Source: Nannocystis bainbridge
GTDB lineage: Bacteria; Myxococcota_A; Polyangia; Nannocystales; Nannocystaceae
Length of the DNA stretch: 64,000 nt
Direction: 5' to 3'
Assembly (NCBI RefSeq): GCF_028368995.1
Contig: NZ_JAQNDL010000001.1
Location: forward strand, 3,072,001-3,136,000
Shown: positions 9,146-18,327 of the stretch, in pieces
How the letters are laid out: the number at the start of each line of letters is the position of its first letter
Position numbering within the stretch: the stretch's first letter is position 1
Program-made: the position numbers and the translations under genes
Notes under the pieces: model-generated
Told to the model about the DNA's origin: nothing
The model's input: the letters and a program-made list of their open reading frames with translations, nothing else
Databases searched by the model: none

Positions 9146-10072
9146 TCACGCCGCGGCCGTCGATCCACGCAGCGCCAGGCGACACAGATCGGTCAGCCGA
9201 TCGACCGCCCAGCCCGCGACCGGCCCGAGCGGCGACCGCTTGCGTCGCACCAGCGTCAGCTGTCGCAGCGGCGGCGCGTCGCCCCACGCGGCCAGGTTCA
9301 GCGCCACCAGCTCCCCGCGACCCATCGCCTCGCGCACCAGGTGCTCGGGCTCGTGACCCCAACCGAGCCCGCCGACGATCAGCGCGTGCTTCGTCGAGAG
9401 ATCGGCCACGCGCCACGTCCGCGCCGACAGCACCCCGCGATTGGCCGAACCGCGCCCGTCGGCCGCGCGCTCGCTGAGCACGATCTGCACCGCCGACCCC
9501 AGCGCCGCGTCGTCGATCGGCCCCACGATCGCGGCCAGCGGGTGCGACGGCGCCGCGACGGCGATCATCTTCAAATCGGCCAGCTGGCGCTGCTCGAGCC
9601 CCCTGAGGTCCGCGTCGATGCCGGCGATCCCCAGCGTCGCCCGGCGCTCGCGCACCATCGCCGTCACGGCGTCGAGCATCTCGGTGGCGATCGTCAGCTC
9701 GACCCCCGGGTGCGCCGCCGCGAACTCGCGGGCGAAGCCGACCAGCGCCGCGCTCGGGAACATGGCGTCGACCACCAGCGAGAGCCGCGTCTCCTCGCCC
9801 CGCTGCAGCCGCGCCACCACGGCCTCGACGGCCTCGAAGTCGGCGTGGATCTGCTCGGCGGCCGCCACCAGCGCCGCCCCGTGCTCGGTCAGCACCGGCA
9901 CGCGCCCCGTCCTGTCGAACAACTTCAGCTGGAGCTGCGCCTCGAGCCGCTGGATCGACTGACTGACCGCCGCCTGCACCCGCCCGAGCTGGCGCGCCGC
10001 CGCGGTGAAGCTGCCGGCCTCGGCGACGGCGCGGAGGGTGCGGAGCTGGTCGATGCTGATCGCCTCGAGCAC
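9146..10072 (-). CDS. LysR family transcriptional regulator
   Basis: QLRTLRAVAEAGSFTAAARQLGRVQAAVSQSIQRLE HTH followed by substrate-binding domain. Confidence 0.93.
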   Translation of the reverse strand: MLEAISIDQLRTLRAVAEAGSFTAAARQLGRVQAAVSQSIQRLEAQLQLKLFDRTGRVPVLTEHGAALVAAAEQIHADFEAVEAVVARLQRGEETRLSLVVDAMFPSAALVGFAREFAAAHPGVELTIATEMLDAVTAMVRERRATLGIAGIDADLRGLEQRQLADLKMIAVAAPSHPLAAIVGPIDDAALGSAVQIVLSERAADGRGSANRGVLSARTWRVADLSTKHALIVGGLGWGHEPEHLVREAMGRGELVALNLAAWGDAPPLRQLTLVRRKRSPLGPVAGWAVDRLTDLCRLALRGSTAAA

Positions 10073-10220
10073 GATCCGCAGTGCACCACATCTTGCGCCG
10101 TTTTACACGCGCCGCCGGGCCCAGGGCGCGAGCGCCCCGGCAAAAATCAAATGTCCCGGCGGACATGTCGCTCGGGACCCGCGGGCCCTGGACAATCAAC
10201 ATGTCCGTTCGGACATGTCC

Positions 10221-10592
10221 TCAGATACTGCCCGCGAGCACCGCCTTGCAGCTGCCCGCCTCGCACGCGCAGTGGCCCCCGCAGTCCATCGTGTTCGGCG
10301 CGCACTGCATCGTGCACATCACGTCGGTGCAGTCCGGCTTCTGCGCCGCGGGCACGCAGCTCGCGGGGTGGCAGCACGAGGCCGGCACGCAGTCCGCGTC
10401 GACCTTGCAGGTGCCCTCGACCTCGCCGCCCTCGGCGCCCGCGGTCACCGGCTTCGGCGGCTCGCTGACGGGCGGAGGCTCGGTCGCCGGCTCGGCCGCG
10501 GGCTTCGGCTGGCAGGCCGCGACCAGGGCGAGCAACGCCGCCCCGAGGCAGCGGGACGGCACGGAGAGGTCCTTCGAGAGACGGGCAAGCAT
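10221..10592 (-). CDS. Small Cys-rich lipoprotein
   Basis: Lipobox VAAC, Pro-rich linker, compact C-terminal domain with many Cys (CxxDADC...CC...). Confidence 0.7.
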   Translation of the reverse strand: MLARLSKDLSVPSRCLGAALLALVAACQPKPAAEPATEPPPVSEPPKPVTAGAEGGEVEGTCKVDADCVPASCCHPASCVPAAQKPDCTDVMCTMQCAPNTMDCGGHCACEAGSCKAVLAGSI

Positions 10593-10742
10593 GCGCCCCT
10601 GTATGCCGCCGAACCCGGCCGCGTTCCACCACCGACTCGCCCGATCGGGCGTGCCGGGCTCGACCGCAGCCGGCCGCGGTCGAGCCCGGCGCGCCCGCGC
10701 AGCCCCTCGCGGAGGACGCGCGGGCCCACCCGGACGCGCCGC

Positions 10743-12185
10743 CTACTGCCCGCCGAACACCGCCAGCGCAGCCGCGGCCTTGCGCACCGCGTCCCGGTCC
10801 GGCGTCTCCGCGAACATCTCACGCAGCGGCAGGTCGACCAGCGTCAGTGTCTGCCTGTCCAAAATCAACGTGCACTCCCCGTGCGCCGCCTCGACCTTGT
10901 GCGCCAGCTCGGAGGTGATGACCCACCCGTGCGCCTCGAGCCGCGACACGCACTGCGCCGGCACGCAGCCCGCACGCAGCGCGAACGTGATGCGCTCCGG
11001 TCGGAGTTGCAGGCACTCGAGCAGATCGGCCACGAGCCCCGGCGCGTCGAGCCAGGCCGGCCGCAGCGACAGGTCCTCGACCAGGACCCCGCGCAGCTTC
11101 TCCGTCGCCTCGTAGCGGACGCTGTAGTGGCCGTCGGGGAAGCTGACGCCGCTGCCCTCGACGGACACCGCCGACGACGCCCACTTGAAGCGCGCGCGCA
11201 GCCGGCTGACCACGCGCCCGAGCTCCTCCTCCAGGTGCTCGCCGAGCGCCGCGTTCGCGCGCGTCTCGAGGTACGCCTGCGAATAATGGGTGCGCGACAG
11301 CCCGGTCAAGACCTCCTTGACGAGGATCTGCCGCGCGCCGACCGACATCTCCACCGTGTCGAACAGTCGACCATCGATGCCGAGCGCGCCCTGGCTCAAG
11401 ATCGGGCCGCTGAAGTCCGCGAGCACCAGCGCCTCGTCGGACGCGTCATGCAGTGACAGCACCGAGCGCGTCGAGGGGGCCCATCGGTGGATCTGCGCCG
11501 CCAAGAATTCGTGGAGGCGCGAGACGGTCAACATCCGCTCGACCAGCGCCCCCGGCTCCTCGCCGCGCAGGGCCGGCAGCAACAGCGCGGTGAACAGGCC
11601 GTGCTGCGGGTTCGGCGATCGCGTCGGCGCGCTCTCGGCCGACATCGCCAGGATCGTCACCCCCTCGAGGGTGCGCAGCGACGCGTCGAACGCCTCGGGG
11701 GCCGTCGGGCGCGCATCGAGCACGATGAGCTTCTGCTCGGCGGGCGAGCTGGCGAGGATCTCCGCGACCACGGACAGCGACACCAGGCAGCTCGCATCGT
11801 CGTCCGCGAAAGCGTCCTGCGGCACCAGATAGGCCGCGGGATCGCCGACGAGGTGGTGCCCGCGACCGCTGAAGTAGAAGATCACCCGGTCACCCGCGGC
11901 GCTCGACCGGACCAGCTCTCGCAGCGCCTTGACGATCGCGCCGCGCGACGGCGTCGCCCCTCGCCCCGACACCAGCGCCTTGACGCCCTCGAGGTCGGCC
12001 TCGAGCTGCGGCACGTCGCGGAAGCAGTCCGCGAACCCGAGCGCGTCGTTGCGGCAGGTCGTCAGCGGCTCGAAGCCGCAGTCGCGGTCGTAATCGTCGA
12101 TCCCGACGGCGAGCACCCTGGCCCGTCCGGGCGCGGCCTGCCCGCTCAGGGCCTCGCGCTGCCGCTGGGAGAGTCCGCCCGGCAT
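10743..12185 (-). CDS. Caspase-like (peptidase C14) domain protein, catalytic dyad altered
   Basis: LAVGIDDY, NDA, DRVIFYFSG, YLVPQD, LIVLDA, HGLFT motifs of metacaspases; H and C positions are Arg. Confidence 0.8.
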   Translation of the reverse strand: MPGGLSQRQREALSGQAAPGRARVLAVGIDDYDRDCGFEPLTTCRNDALGFADCFRDVPQLEADLEGVKALVSGRGATPSRGAIVKALRELVRSSAAGDRVIFYFSGRGHHLVGDPAAYLVPQDAFADDDASCLVSLSVVAEILASSPAEQKLIVLDARPTAPEAFDASLRTLEGVTILAMSAESAPTRSPNPQHGLFTALLLPALRGEEPGALVERMLTVSRLHEFLAAQIHRWAPSTRSVLSLHDASDEALVLADFSGPILSQGALGIDGRLFDTVEMSVGARQILVKEVLTGLSRTHYSQAYLETRANAALGEHLEEELGRVVSRLRARFKWASSAVSVEGSGVSFPDGHYSVRYEATEKLRGVLVEDLSLRPAWLDAPGLVADLLECLQLRPERITFALRAGCVPAQCVSRLEAHGWVITSELAHKVEAAHGECTLILDRQTLTLVDLPLREMFAETPDRDAVRKAAAALAVFGGQ

Positions 12186-12332
12186 GGGAGCGGGCTGCCT
12201 AGCACGGCGCCCAACCGCGAGCAACCACGCGGCCCGGGGCTCGCGTGGCGTGCCGTGCGCCCGGCGCGAGCCCGGCCGTCCGCAGACCGCTCGCACCTGA
12301 GTTTCCGAGATGTCTCAAAAGACAGCTTGTGT

Positions 12333-12764
12333 TCACACGCCGGTGCGCACCAGCGCCGGCCGCTCGGGGTCAGCCCCCGGCAGCGTCGCCGCCTCGGCCA
12401 GCGCCGCCGTCACCTCGTCCGCCCGCGCCCCGCCGAACTCCGCGTCGGCCAGCAGGCGCACCAGCGGATGCGTCGCCCCGCGAGCGGCCGCCCGCCACGC
12501 CTGCGTGCTCGCGCCCACCGTCACCGCGTCGATCGTGCCCGCCGCCTGCAGCGCGCGCAGGTGAGCCACCACCAGCCCGCGGACCTCGTCGCACAGCCAG
12601 TCCCAGTCGACCTCCCAGTCGCGGACCAGCGCGCGCAGCTCGGGCTCGGGCAGCGGCACCGCGTAGAGCTCGAAGCCCCGCGGGTACGCCGACACGTGGG
12701 CCTCGGCCGCTGCAGAGGCGAGCGCGCGCAGCGGCGCGGCGAGGGCATCGAGCAGGTCCTGCAC
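12333..12764 (-). CDS. Hypothetical protein
   Basis: Codon usage and co-orientation with flanking minus-strand genes; no motif recognised. Confidence 0.55.
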   Translation of the reverse strand: MQDLLDALAAPLRALASAAAEAHVSAYPRGFELYAVPLPEPELRALVRDWEVDWDWLCDEVRGLVVAHLRALQAAGTIDAVTVGASTQAWRAAARGATHPLVRLLADAEFGGARADEVTAALAEAATLPGADPERPALVRTGV

Positions 12765-12805
12765 GCGCGAAGGTTACCCGATCGGGAACACGAGCCTTCC
12801 CCAGT

Positions 12806-13207
12806 TCACAGCGGCGCGTACACGTCCGCCTCGATCTCGATCAGCATCGCCGGATCGATCAGCCGCCGCACCTCGACCATCGTCGTCGTCGGTCGGTCCT
12901 CTTTAAAAAATTCCGCGTGGGCGCGCCCGTACTCGGCCCAGCGGTCGATCTCCGTCACGAACATCCGCGTCCGCACGATCCGTGTCCGGTCCGTCCCGAA
13001 CGGTCGCAGCGCCTGCTCGATCAGCTCCAGGCAGCGGCGAGCCTGCGCGTACGCGTCGCCCGGCGCGAACACCCCCGCGCCGCTCGCGTCGATCGGCGCC
13101 GTGCCTGTCACGAAGATCAGGTCGCCGGCTCGCAGCGCCCGGCAGTAGCCGACTTGCTGCTCCCACGGCGCCTGCGAGTAGACCCGCTCGAAGTCCTTCT
13201 GGCTCAC
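12806..13207 (-). CDS. RidA/YjgF family protein
   Basis: PWE..VGY.RA, FVTGT, VRTRMFVT, RPTTTMVEV, LIEIEA. Confidence 0.9.
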   Translation of the reverse strand: MSQKDFERVYSQAPWEQQVGYCRALRAGDLIFVTGTAPIDASGAGVFAPGDAYAQARRCLELIEQALRPFGTDRTRIVRTRMFVTEIDRWAEYGRAHAEFFKEDRPTTTMVEVRRLIDPAMLIEIEADVYAPL

Positions 13208-13211
13208 GCGC

Positions 13212-13922
13212 TCACGCTAACACGGGCGCGGCGGCCTGGGTCTCGCACACCCGTCGCCGCACCCCGGTGACGAGGCTCCACAGCCGCCGCGGCGCCCCCT
13301 CGATCGCCAGCGCGCGCAGCGTCGCTCGGTGATCGATCAGCACCAGCGTGCACGCGGCCGCGGCCACCACGAACCACACCGCGCTGAAGATCGCCCGCCG
13401 CCACGGCGACGCCGTCTGTTGGCGGAAGAATCCGCAGTGGAACTCGAGGTGGGCCTCCTCGTCGCCGCAGATCTCCCGCAGCACCTGTCCCATCGAACAG
13501 GTCCCCAATCGCTCCGCGATCATCCCGTAGAAGCCGATGCCGATGACCTCGGCCACCAGCAGCACCAGCAGCTTGAGTCGCAGCCCCAGCAGCCGGCGCC
13601 CGTGCACGAACAGGCGGTCGGTCCACGCCGAGCCGCGCAGCGATCCTCCCAGGGCGCGCACCATCGCCGCCAGGATCCGCGCATGCCGGCCCTCTTCCTT
13701 GACGAACAGCTTCAGCGCCGCCCGATAGTCGGCGTCGACGCCTGCCAGGTGCGAGCGCTCGATCTCGCGGACGATCCGCCCCTCACCGCTCTCGCCGACC
13801 TGGAAGATCGCCAGCGACCGGCACAGCGGCGCCTGCCAGCGCGGCGGCACCCCTGCGGCCTCGACCACCGGCAACGGCCTGCGCGCGTTCTCTTCGAAGT
13901 GCTGTCTCCACGGGCTCCACAT
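13212..13922 (-). CDS. Ferritin-like (di-iron) domain protein
   Basis: FQVGE, EEGRH, AE, DEEAH: two ExxH motifs; GGAGG upstream. Confidence 0.75.
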   Translation of the reverse strand: MWSPWRQHFEENARRPLPVVEAAGVPPRWQAPLCRSLAIFQVGESGEGRIVREIERSHLAGVDADYRAALKLFVKEEGRHARILAAMVRALGGSLRGSAWTDRLFVHGRRLLGLRLKLLVLLVAEVIGIGFYGMIAERLGTCSMGQVLREICGDEEAHLEFHCGFFRQQTASPWRRAIFSAVWFVVAAAACTLVLIDHRATLRALAIEGAPRRLWSLVTGVRRRVCETQAAAPVLA

Positions 13923-13983
13923 GCGAGCGCCTCCTGCGCTCGCTCATACGCCCGGGCTTGGGTGCATCGTGCCCGTCAACCCA

Positions 13984-14054
13984 GCGAACGGTCGCAACCG
14001 CGGGGCGAACGGTCGCCTCGCCGCGGCCTCCACTTCACCACCCGCAGCGAACGG
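13984..14054 (-). promoter_or_regulatory. Tandem LytTR-type boxes (GCGACCGTTCGC on minus strand), 21 bp apart, third partial box 42 bp further
   Basis: GCGAACGGTCGC at 13984 and 14005, GCGAACGG at 14047; same motif as 5181-5214; TTGACG follows on the minus strand. Confidence 0.7.
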
Positions 14055-14169
14055 CCCGCCGCGCTCGCCACCGCGACCTCCGCTTCACTCACCCCTCGCA
14101 TCATCGCGCCCCGCGACCTGCCGACATCCCCGCGAAGGTGCCGGCCCGTCGCTCGCGGTCACCCGCCGC

Positions 14170-15033
14170 TCACCACTTGTAAAAACCTTCGCCCGACTTC
14201 TTCCCGAGCTTGCCTGCCGCCACCATCTCGCGGAGCAGCGCCGGCGGGCGGAAGTGGTCGCCCTGTTGCAGGTTGGCCGCCAGGTACTCGGCAATGTTGA
14301 GGCGCACGTCGAGCCCGACCAGGTCGGTCAGCTTGAGCGGGCCCATCGGGAAGCCGTAGCCGAGGCACATCGCCTTGTCGATGTCCTCTGCCGACGCCAC
14401 CTGCTCCTCGACCATGCGGATCGCCTCGAGCCCGATCACCAGGCCCAGGCGGCTGGTCGCGAAGCCGGGCGAGTCGCGGACCACGATGCAGTCCTTGCCG
14501 AGCTTCGCGCCCCAGCCTTGCACCGCCGCCAGCACCTCCGGCGCGGTCTGCTGCCCGACCACGATCTCGAGCAGCTTCATCACGTGCACCGGGTTGAAGA
14601 AATGCGTCCCGATCACCCGCTCCGGGTGGGGCAGCCCGGCCGCGATCGCCGTCACGCTGAGCGAGCTGGTGTTGGTCGCCAGCACCGCCGTCGACGCCAC
14701 GTGCGCCGCCACCTTCGTGAACAGCTCCTGCTTCAGCGCCAGCTTCTCGGGCACCGCCTCGACCACGAGATCGGCGCCGGTGACGGCCGCCGCCAGCTCG
14801 GTCTCGCCGCGCAGGGCCGCCAGCGTGGCCGTCCGCTGGGCCTCGGTGACCTTGCCCTTGGCCACCCCGCCGTCGAGGTTGGCGCGGATCTTCGTCAGCC
14901 CGGTCTCGACCAGGTCGGCGCGCACGTCGTAGAGGCGGGTCTCGAAGCCGGCGGCGGCGGCGACCTGGGCGATCCCGTGGCCCATGGTGCCGGCGCCGAT
15001 CACGGCGACCGTGGAGATTGCGGACGCAGTCAT
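14170..15033 (-). CDS. 3-hydroxyacyl-CoA (3-hydroxybutyryl-CoA) dehydrogenase
   Basis: GAGTMGHGIA Rossmann motif, VEAVPE, NTSS, HFFNP, PMGPL.LTDLVGLD. Confidence 0.93.
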   Translation of the reverse strand: MTASAISTVAVIGAGTMGHGIAQVAAAAGFETRLYDVRADLVETGLTKIRANLDGGVAKGKVTEAQRTATLAALRGETELAAAVTGADLVVEAVPEKLALKQELFTKVAAHVASTAVLATNTSSLSVTAIAAGLPHPERVIGTHFFNPVHVMKLLEIVVGQQTAPEVLAAVQGWGAKLGKDCIVVRDSPGFATSRLGLVIGLEAIRMVEEQVASAEDIDKAMCLGYGFPMGPLKLTDLVGLDVRLNIAEYLAANLQQGDHFRPPALLREMVAAGKLGKKSGEGFYKW

Positions 15034-15122
15034 GGCGCGGGTTATAGCCCGACCGCGCCGCCCGCGAACCCGCGAAACTCGCCGGCTCGCGTGAGGCGCG
15101 GCGACCTGCGGGTCGCGCGACC

Positions 15123-15156
15123 AAAACAAAAACGCCGAGGAGAGCGTCCTCGGCGT
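15123..15156 (-). terminator. Rho-independent terminator after the tRNA
   Basis: Stem ACGCCGAGGA/TCCTCGGCGT followed by a T-rich run on the minus strand. Confidence 0.8.
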
Positions 15157-15240
15157 GGTGCGAAGGGAGGGACTCGAACCCTCACAGGTTACCCCACCAG
15201 ATCCTTAGTCTGGCGCGTCTACCAATTCCGCCACCTTCGC
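15156..15240 (-). tRNA. tRNA-Leu, anticodon AAG
   Basis: GCGAAGG acceptor stem, D-loop AATTGGTAGA, anticodon arm CCAGA-CTAAGGA-TCTGG, long variable arm, GTTCGAGTC T-loop, A73 and encoded CCA. Confidence 0.93.
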
Positions 15241-15285
15241 GTGCGTGGCCTCCCCATGGGCTTCCCCAAGGGGAGGCGGTGTGTA

Positions 15286-16737
15286 TCACAGGTTCGGCGG
15301 GGGAGGCAAGCTCTCCCCGACCACGTGGAGCTTGAGCAGGTTCACGGACTTGTGATCTTTCACCGGGTACCCGAGGGTGATCACGACGCGGTCCCCGCGC
15401 GCCAGCATTCCGCGGCTGAGGATGAGCCTTTCGATGTCGACGAAGATGCTGTTGCCGTGCGGGCTCGACACCGTGAAGAGCACCGGGACCACGCCCCAGT
15501 ACACGGCGAGCGCCTGGTAGGTCGCCGGGTTCGGCGTGAACGCGAAGATCGGCACGCGCGGGCGGTAGTCGCTGACGAGGCGGGCGATCCCGCCGGACAC
15601 CGTGTACGTCACGATCGCCTTGGTGTCGGGCAGCGACTTGCAGCAGACGACCGCGGCGCGGGCGATCGCGTTGGTCGAGTGGCCGAGGTCGAGGTCGGAC
15701 GGCTCTCGCCAGTAGCGCTCCTGGCGCTCGATCGAGCGCACGATCTTGTCCATCGTGTGCACCGCCTGCAGCGGGTACGCGCCCGAGGCTGTCTCTCCGG
15801 ACAGCATCACCGCGTCGGACCCGTCGAGCACCGCGTTGGCGACGTCGGACGCCTCGGCGCGGGTCGGCCGCGGGTTGCGGATCATCGAGTCGAGCATCTG
15901 CGTCGCCGTGATCACCAGCTTGCCGACGCGGTTGGCCAGCTCGATGCCCTGCTTCTGGATCACCGGCACCTCCTCGGGCCCGATCTCCACCCCGAGGTCG
16001 CCGCGGGCGATCATGATCCCGTTCGACACCTCGAGGATCGACTTCAGGTTGGTGACCGCCTCGGGCTTCTCGATCTTGGCCACGATCGGCACCACCCGCC
16101 CGTACTCCTCCATCATCGTCCGCACCGCCAGCACGTCCTCCGGCTGACGCACGAACGAGATCGCCACCAGGTCGACGCCCAGCTCGAGCGCGAACCGCAG
16201 GTCCTCCTTGTCCTTCTCCGTGATCGACGGCAGCGACAGGTGGACCCCCGGCAGGTTGACGCCCTTGCGCGACGTCAGCAGGCCGCCGGTCACCACCTGC
16301 GTCTTGATGTCTGGGCCCTCGACGCCGGTCACGCGCACCTCGAGCGCCCCGTCGTCCATCAAGATGCGGTCGCCCGGCTTCACCTCGCCGGCCAGGTGCG
16401 GGTAGTCGATCGCCACGCGACCCGCCTCGACCTTGGCCTCGGGGTCGACGCTGAGGATGAACTCTTCGTTGGCCTTGAGCTCGAGGCCCGGCGCGGGGAT
16501 CTTGCCGACGCGGATCTTGGGCCCCTGCAGGTCGGCGAGCACCGCCACGGCGATGTCGCGCGCCGACGCCTCGCTCCGGATCGTCTGGAACACCCGCGTG
16601 TGGTCCTCGTGCGACCCGTGCGAGAAGTTGAGGCGGGCGACGTTCATGCCGGCCGAGATGAGCGCGCCGATCTGGTCCTGGCTCGAGGGACCGATCGTGC
16701 AGACGATCTTGGCGCGGCGAAGAGGCGGAAGCGACAT
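15286..16737 (-). CDS. pyk: Pyruvate kinase
   Basis: KIVCTIGP, ARLNFSHG, DLQGPKIR, AKIEK, ARGDLGVE, ATQMLDSM, MLSGETA. Confidence 0.97.
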   Translation of the reverse strand: MSLPPLRRAKIVCTIGPSSQDQIGALISAGMNVARLNFSHGSHEDHTRVFQTIRSEASARDIAVAVLADLQGPKIRVGKIPAPGLELKANEEFILSVDPEAKVEAGRVAIDYPHLAGEVKPGDRILMDDGALEVRVTGVEGPDIKTQVVTGGLLTSRKGVNLPGVHLSLPSITEKDKEDLRFALELGVDLVAISFVRQPEDVLAVRTMMEEYGRVVPIVAKIEKPEAVTNLKSILEVSNGIMIARGDLGVEIGPEEVPVIQKQGIELANRVGKLVITATQMLDSMIRNPRPTRAEASDVANAVLDGSDAVMLSGETASGAYPLQAVHTMDKIVRSIERQERYWREPSDLDLGHSTNAIARAAVVCCKSLPDTKAIVTYTVSGGIARLVSDYRPRVPIFAFTPNPATYQALAVYWGVVPVLFTVSSPHGNSIFVDIERLILSRGMLARGDRVVITLGYPVKDHKSVNLLKLHVVGESLPPPPNL

Positions 16738-16932
16738 GGCGCGCATCATGCCATGACGCCCCGGCCCCGCCATATCCCGCCGCGGTGACGCGTTTGCCAC
16801 GACGCACACTTCGTCCGCGCACCGCGCGCGTTCGTTCACGTGCTCGCTTCAGCCTGCCAATTCACGCGCCCAGCCCGGGCATGCACGATTTGTCTGCGAC
16901 TGCGCCGAGCTGCGGGCAACGGACCAGCCCGC

Positions 16933-17343
16933 TCACCAGCGCGAGTAGAGCGTCCCGAGATCGACCGGGGTATGCACGCCAAAGGCGTTGCCGATCGAAG
17001 TGATGCACACGCGCTTGTGATCCGCCGGGTCGACGATGACCTCGCACGGGGCCCCGGCGAGCAGCAGCGATTGCAACATCTCCGGCACCACGATCGCGGC
17101 CTCGATCTGCGCCTCGCCGCCCGGCAGCGCGACCTTCAGCGTCACCGGCCGCGTGTAGATCTGCAGCGACCCCTGACGCGACGTGACCCGGCCGGCGCCG
17201 ACCGCCAGGATCGTCCCCGTCGCCTTCGTCCCGCTCGCGCGCAGTTGGTCGTGCGCAGCCTGTGCGATCGGCCCCTGCGTGACGAGGGCGATGACAAGCC
17301 AGCCGATCATACCCATCCCGACGAGCGCGATCACGAAGTACAC
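16933..17343 (-). CDS. Hypothetical membrane-anchored protein
   Basis: N-terminal TM helix followed by a beta-rich domain ending VIVDP.D. Confidence 0.6.
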   Translation of the reverse strand: MYFVIALVGMGMIGWLVIALVTQGPIAQAAHDQLRASGTKATGTILAVGAGRVTSRQGSLQIYTRPVTLKVALPGGEAQIEAAIVVPEMLQSLLLAGAPCEVIVDPADHKRVCITSIGNAFGVHTPVDLGTLYSRW

Positions 17344-17508
17344 GCTCCGAGTCTACTCGCTCGCGCGCGCGACATGGCCGCACCCGCGGCGAGGGCACGC
17401 TCGCGCGCCCGCGCTCTCGAGGCCGCGAGGCTTCCGGCATGGACACGCGCGCCCCCACGCCGCCCCAGCCCGCGCCTGCTATGGTCGCTCTCGCTTTACG
17501 GAGGCCTC

Positions 17509-18234
17509 ATGCGCAATTACGTCTCGCTGATCCTGCTCGCCCCGCTGTGTCTCACCGCCTGCTCCGACCCCAAGGATCCGCTCGACGGCCTCACCGCGGC
17601 GCCGACCGACGGCAGCAGCAGCGACGGCAGCGACGGCTCCGCGACCACCGGCAACGACGCCGCCACCAATTCGATGAGCGGCACCAGCGACGGCCCCGGC
17701 GCGACCACCGACGACGAAGAGCCGCCGAACCCGACCAGCACCAGCGCCACCACCACCGGCGCCGATCCTTCCGCCGGTCCGACCAGCGATCCCTCCGCCG
17801 GCCCGACCAGCGATCCGAGCTCGGCCTCCGACACCACCGGCGACCCCGCCGATCCGTACGAGCAGGCGCGACAGCTGTGCGTCGACACCATCAACATGTA
17901 CCGCGCCACGCTGGGCCTGCCGGCCTATCAGCGGTGGACCGACGCCGAGAGCTGCTCCGACGCCGAGGCCGCGGCTGACGGCCAGAGCGGCACCCCGCAC
18001 GGCGCCTTCGGCATGTGCGGCGAGTCCGCCCAGAACGAGTGCCCCGGGTGGCCGAGCCCGGCCGAGCAGTCGCTCCCGGGCTGCCTCGAGCAGATGTGGG
18101 CCGAGGGACCGGGCGAGGACTTCCAGATGCACGGCCACTACATCAACATGTCGAGCGAGCAGTACAGCATGGTCGCCTGCGGCTTCGCCGACGCCGGCGG
18201 CGGCAGCATGTGGATGGTGCAGAACTTCAAGTGA
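17509..18234 (+). CDS. Lipoprotein with Ser/Thr-rich linker and CAP/SCP-like domain
   Basis: GGAGG RBS; lipobox LTAC; INMYRA.LGL, MWAEG, GHYINM, VACG typical of CAP domains. Confidence 0.7.
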   Translation: MRNYVSLILLAPLCLTACSDPKDPLDGLTAAPTDGSSSDGSDGSATTGNDAATNSMSGTSDGPGATTDDEEPPNPTSTSATTTGADPSAGPTSDPSAGPTSDPSSASDTTGDPADPYEQARQLCVDTINMYRATLGLPAYQRWTDAESCSDAEAAADGQSGTPHGAFGMCGESAQNECPGWPSPAEQSLPGCLEQMWAEGPGEDFQMHGHYINMSSEQYSMVACGFADAGGGSMWMVQNFK

Positions 18235-18327
18235 CGGAGCCCGGCGCGGCGGGGGCGGCGACGCGGGACTTCTGCTTCGACAGCGCCGCGTTGTGATCGA
18301 CGTCGCAGTCGCGCTAGACTGGGCTCG

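Noticed and set aside
15100-15300. tRNA as an integration site for a genomic island
   Set aside because: No integrase, no duplicated tRNA 3' end noticed, and housekeeping genes on both sides.
13921-16788. 955-aa plus-strand ORF
   Set aside because: Shadow of pyk, the tRNA and the dehydrogenase on the opposite strand.
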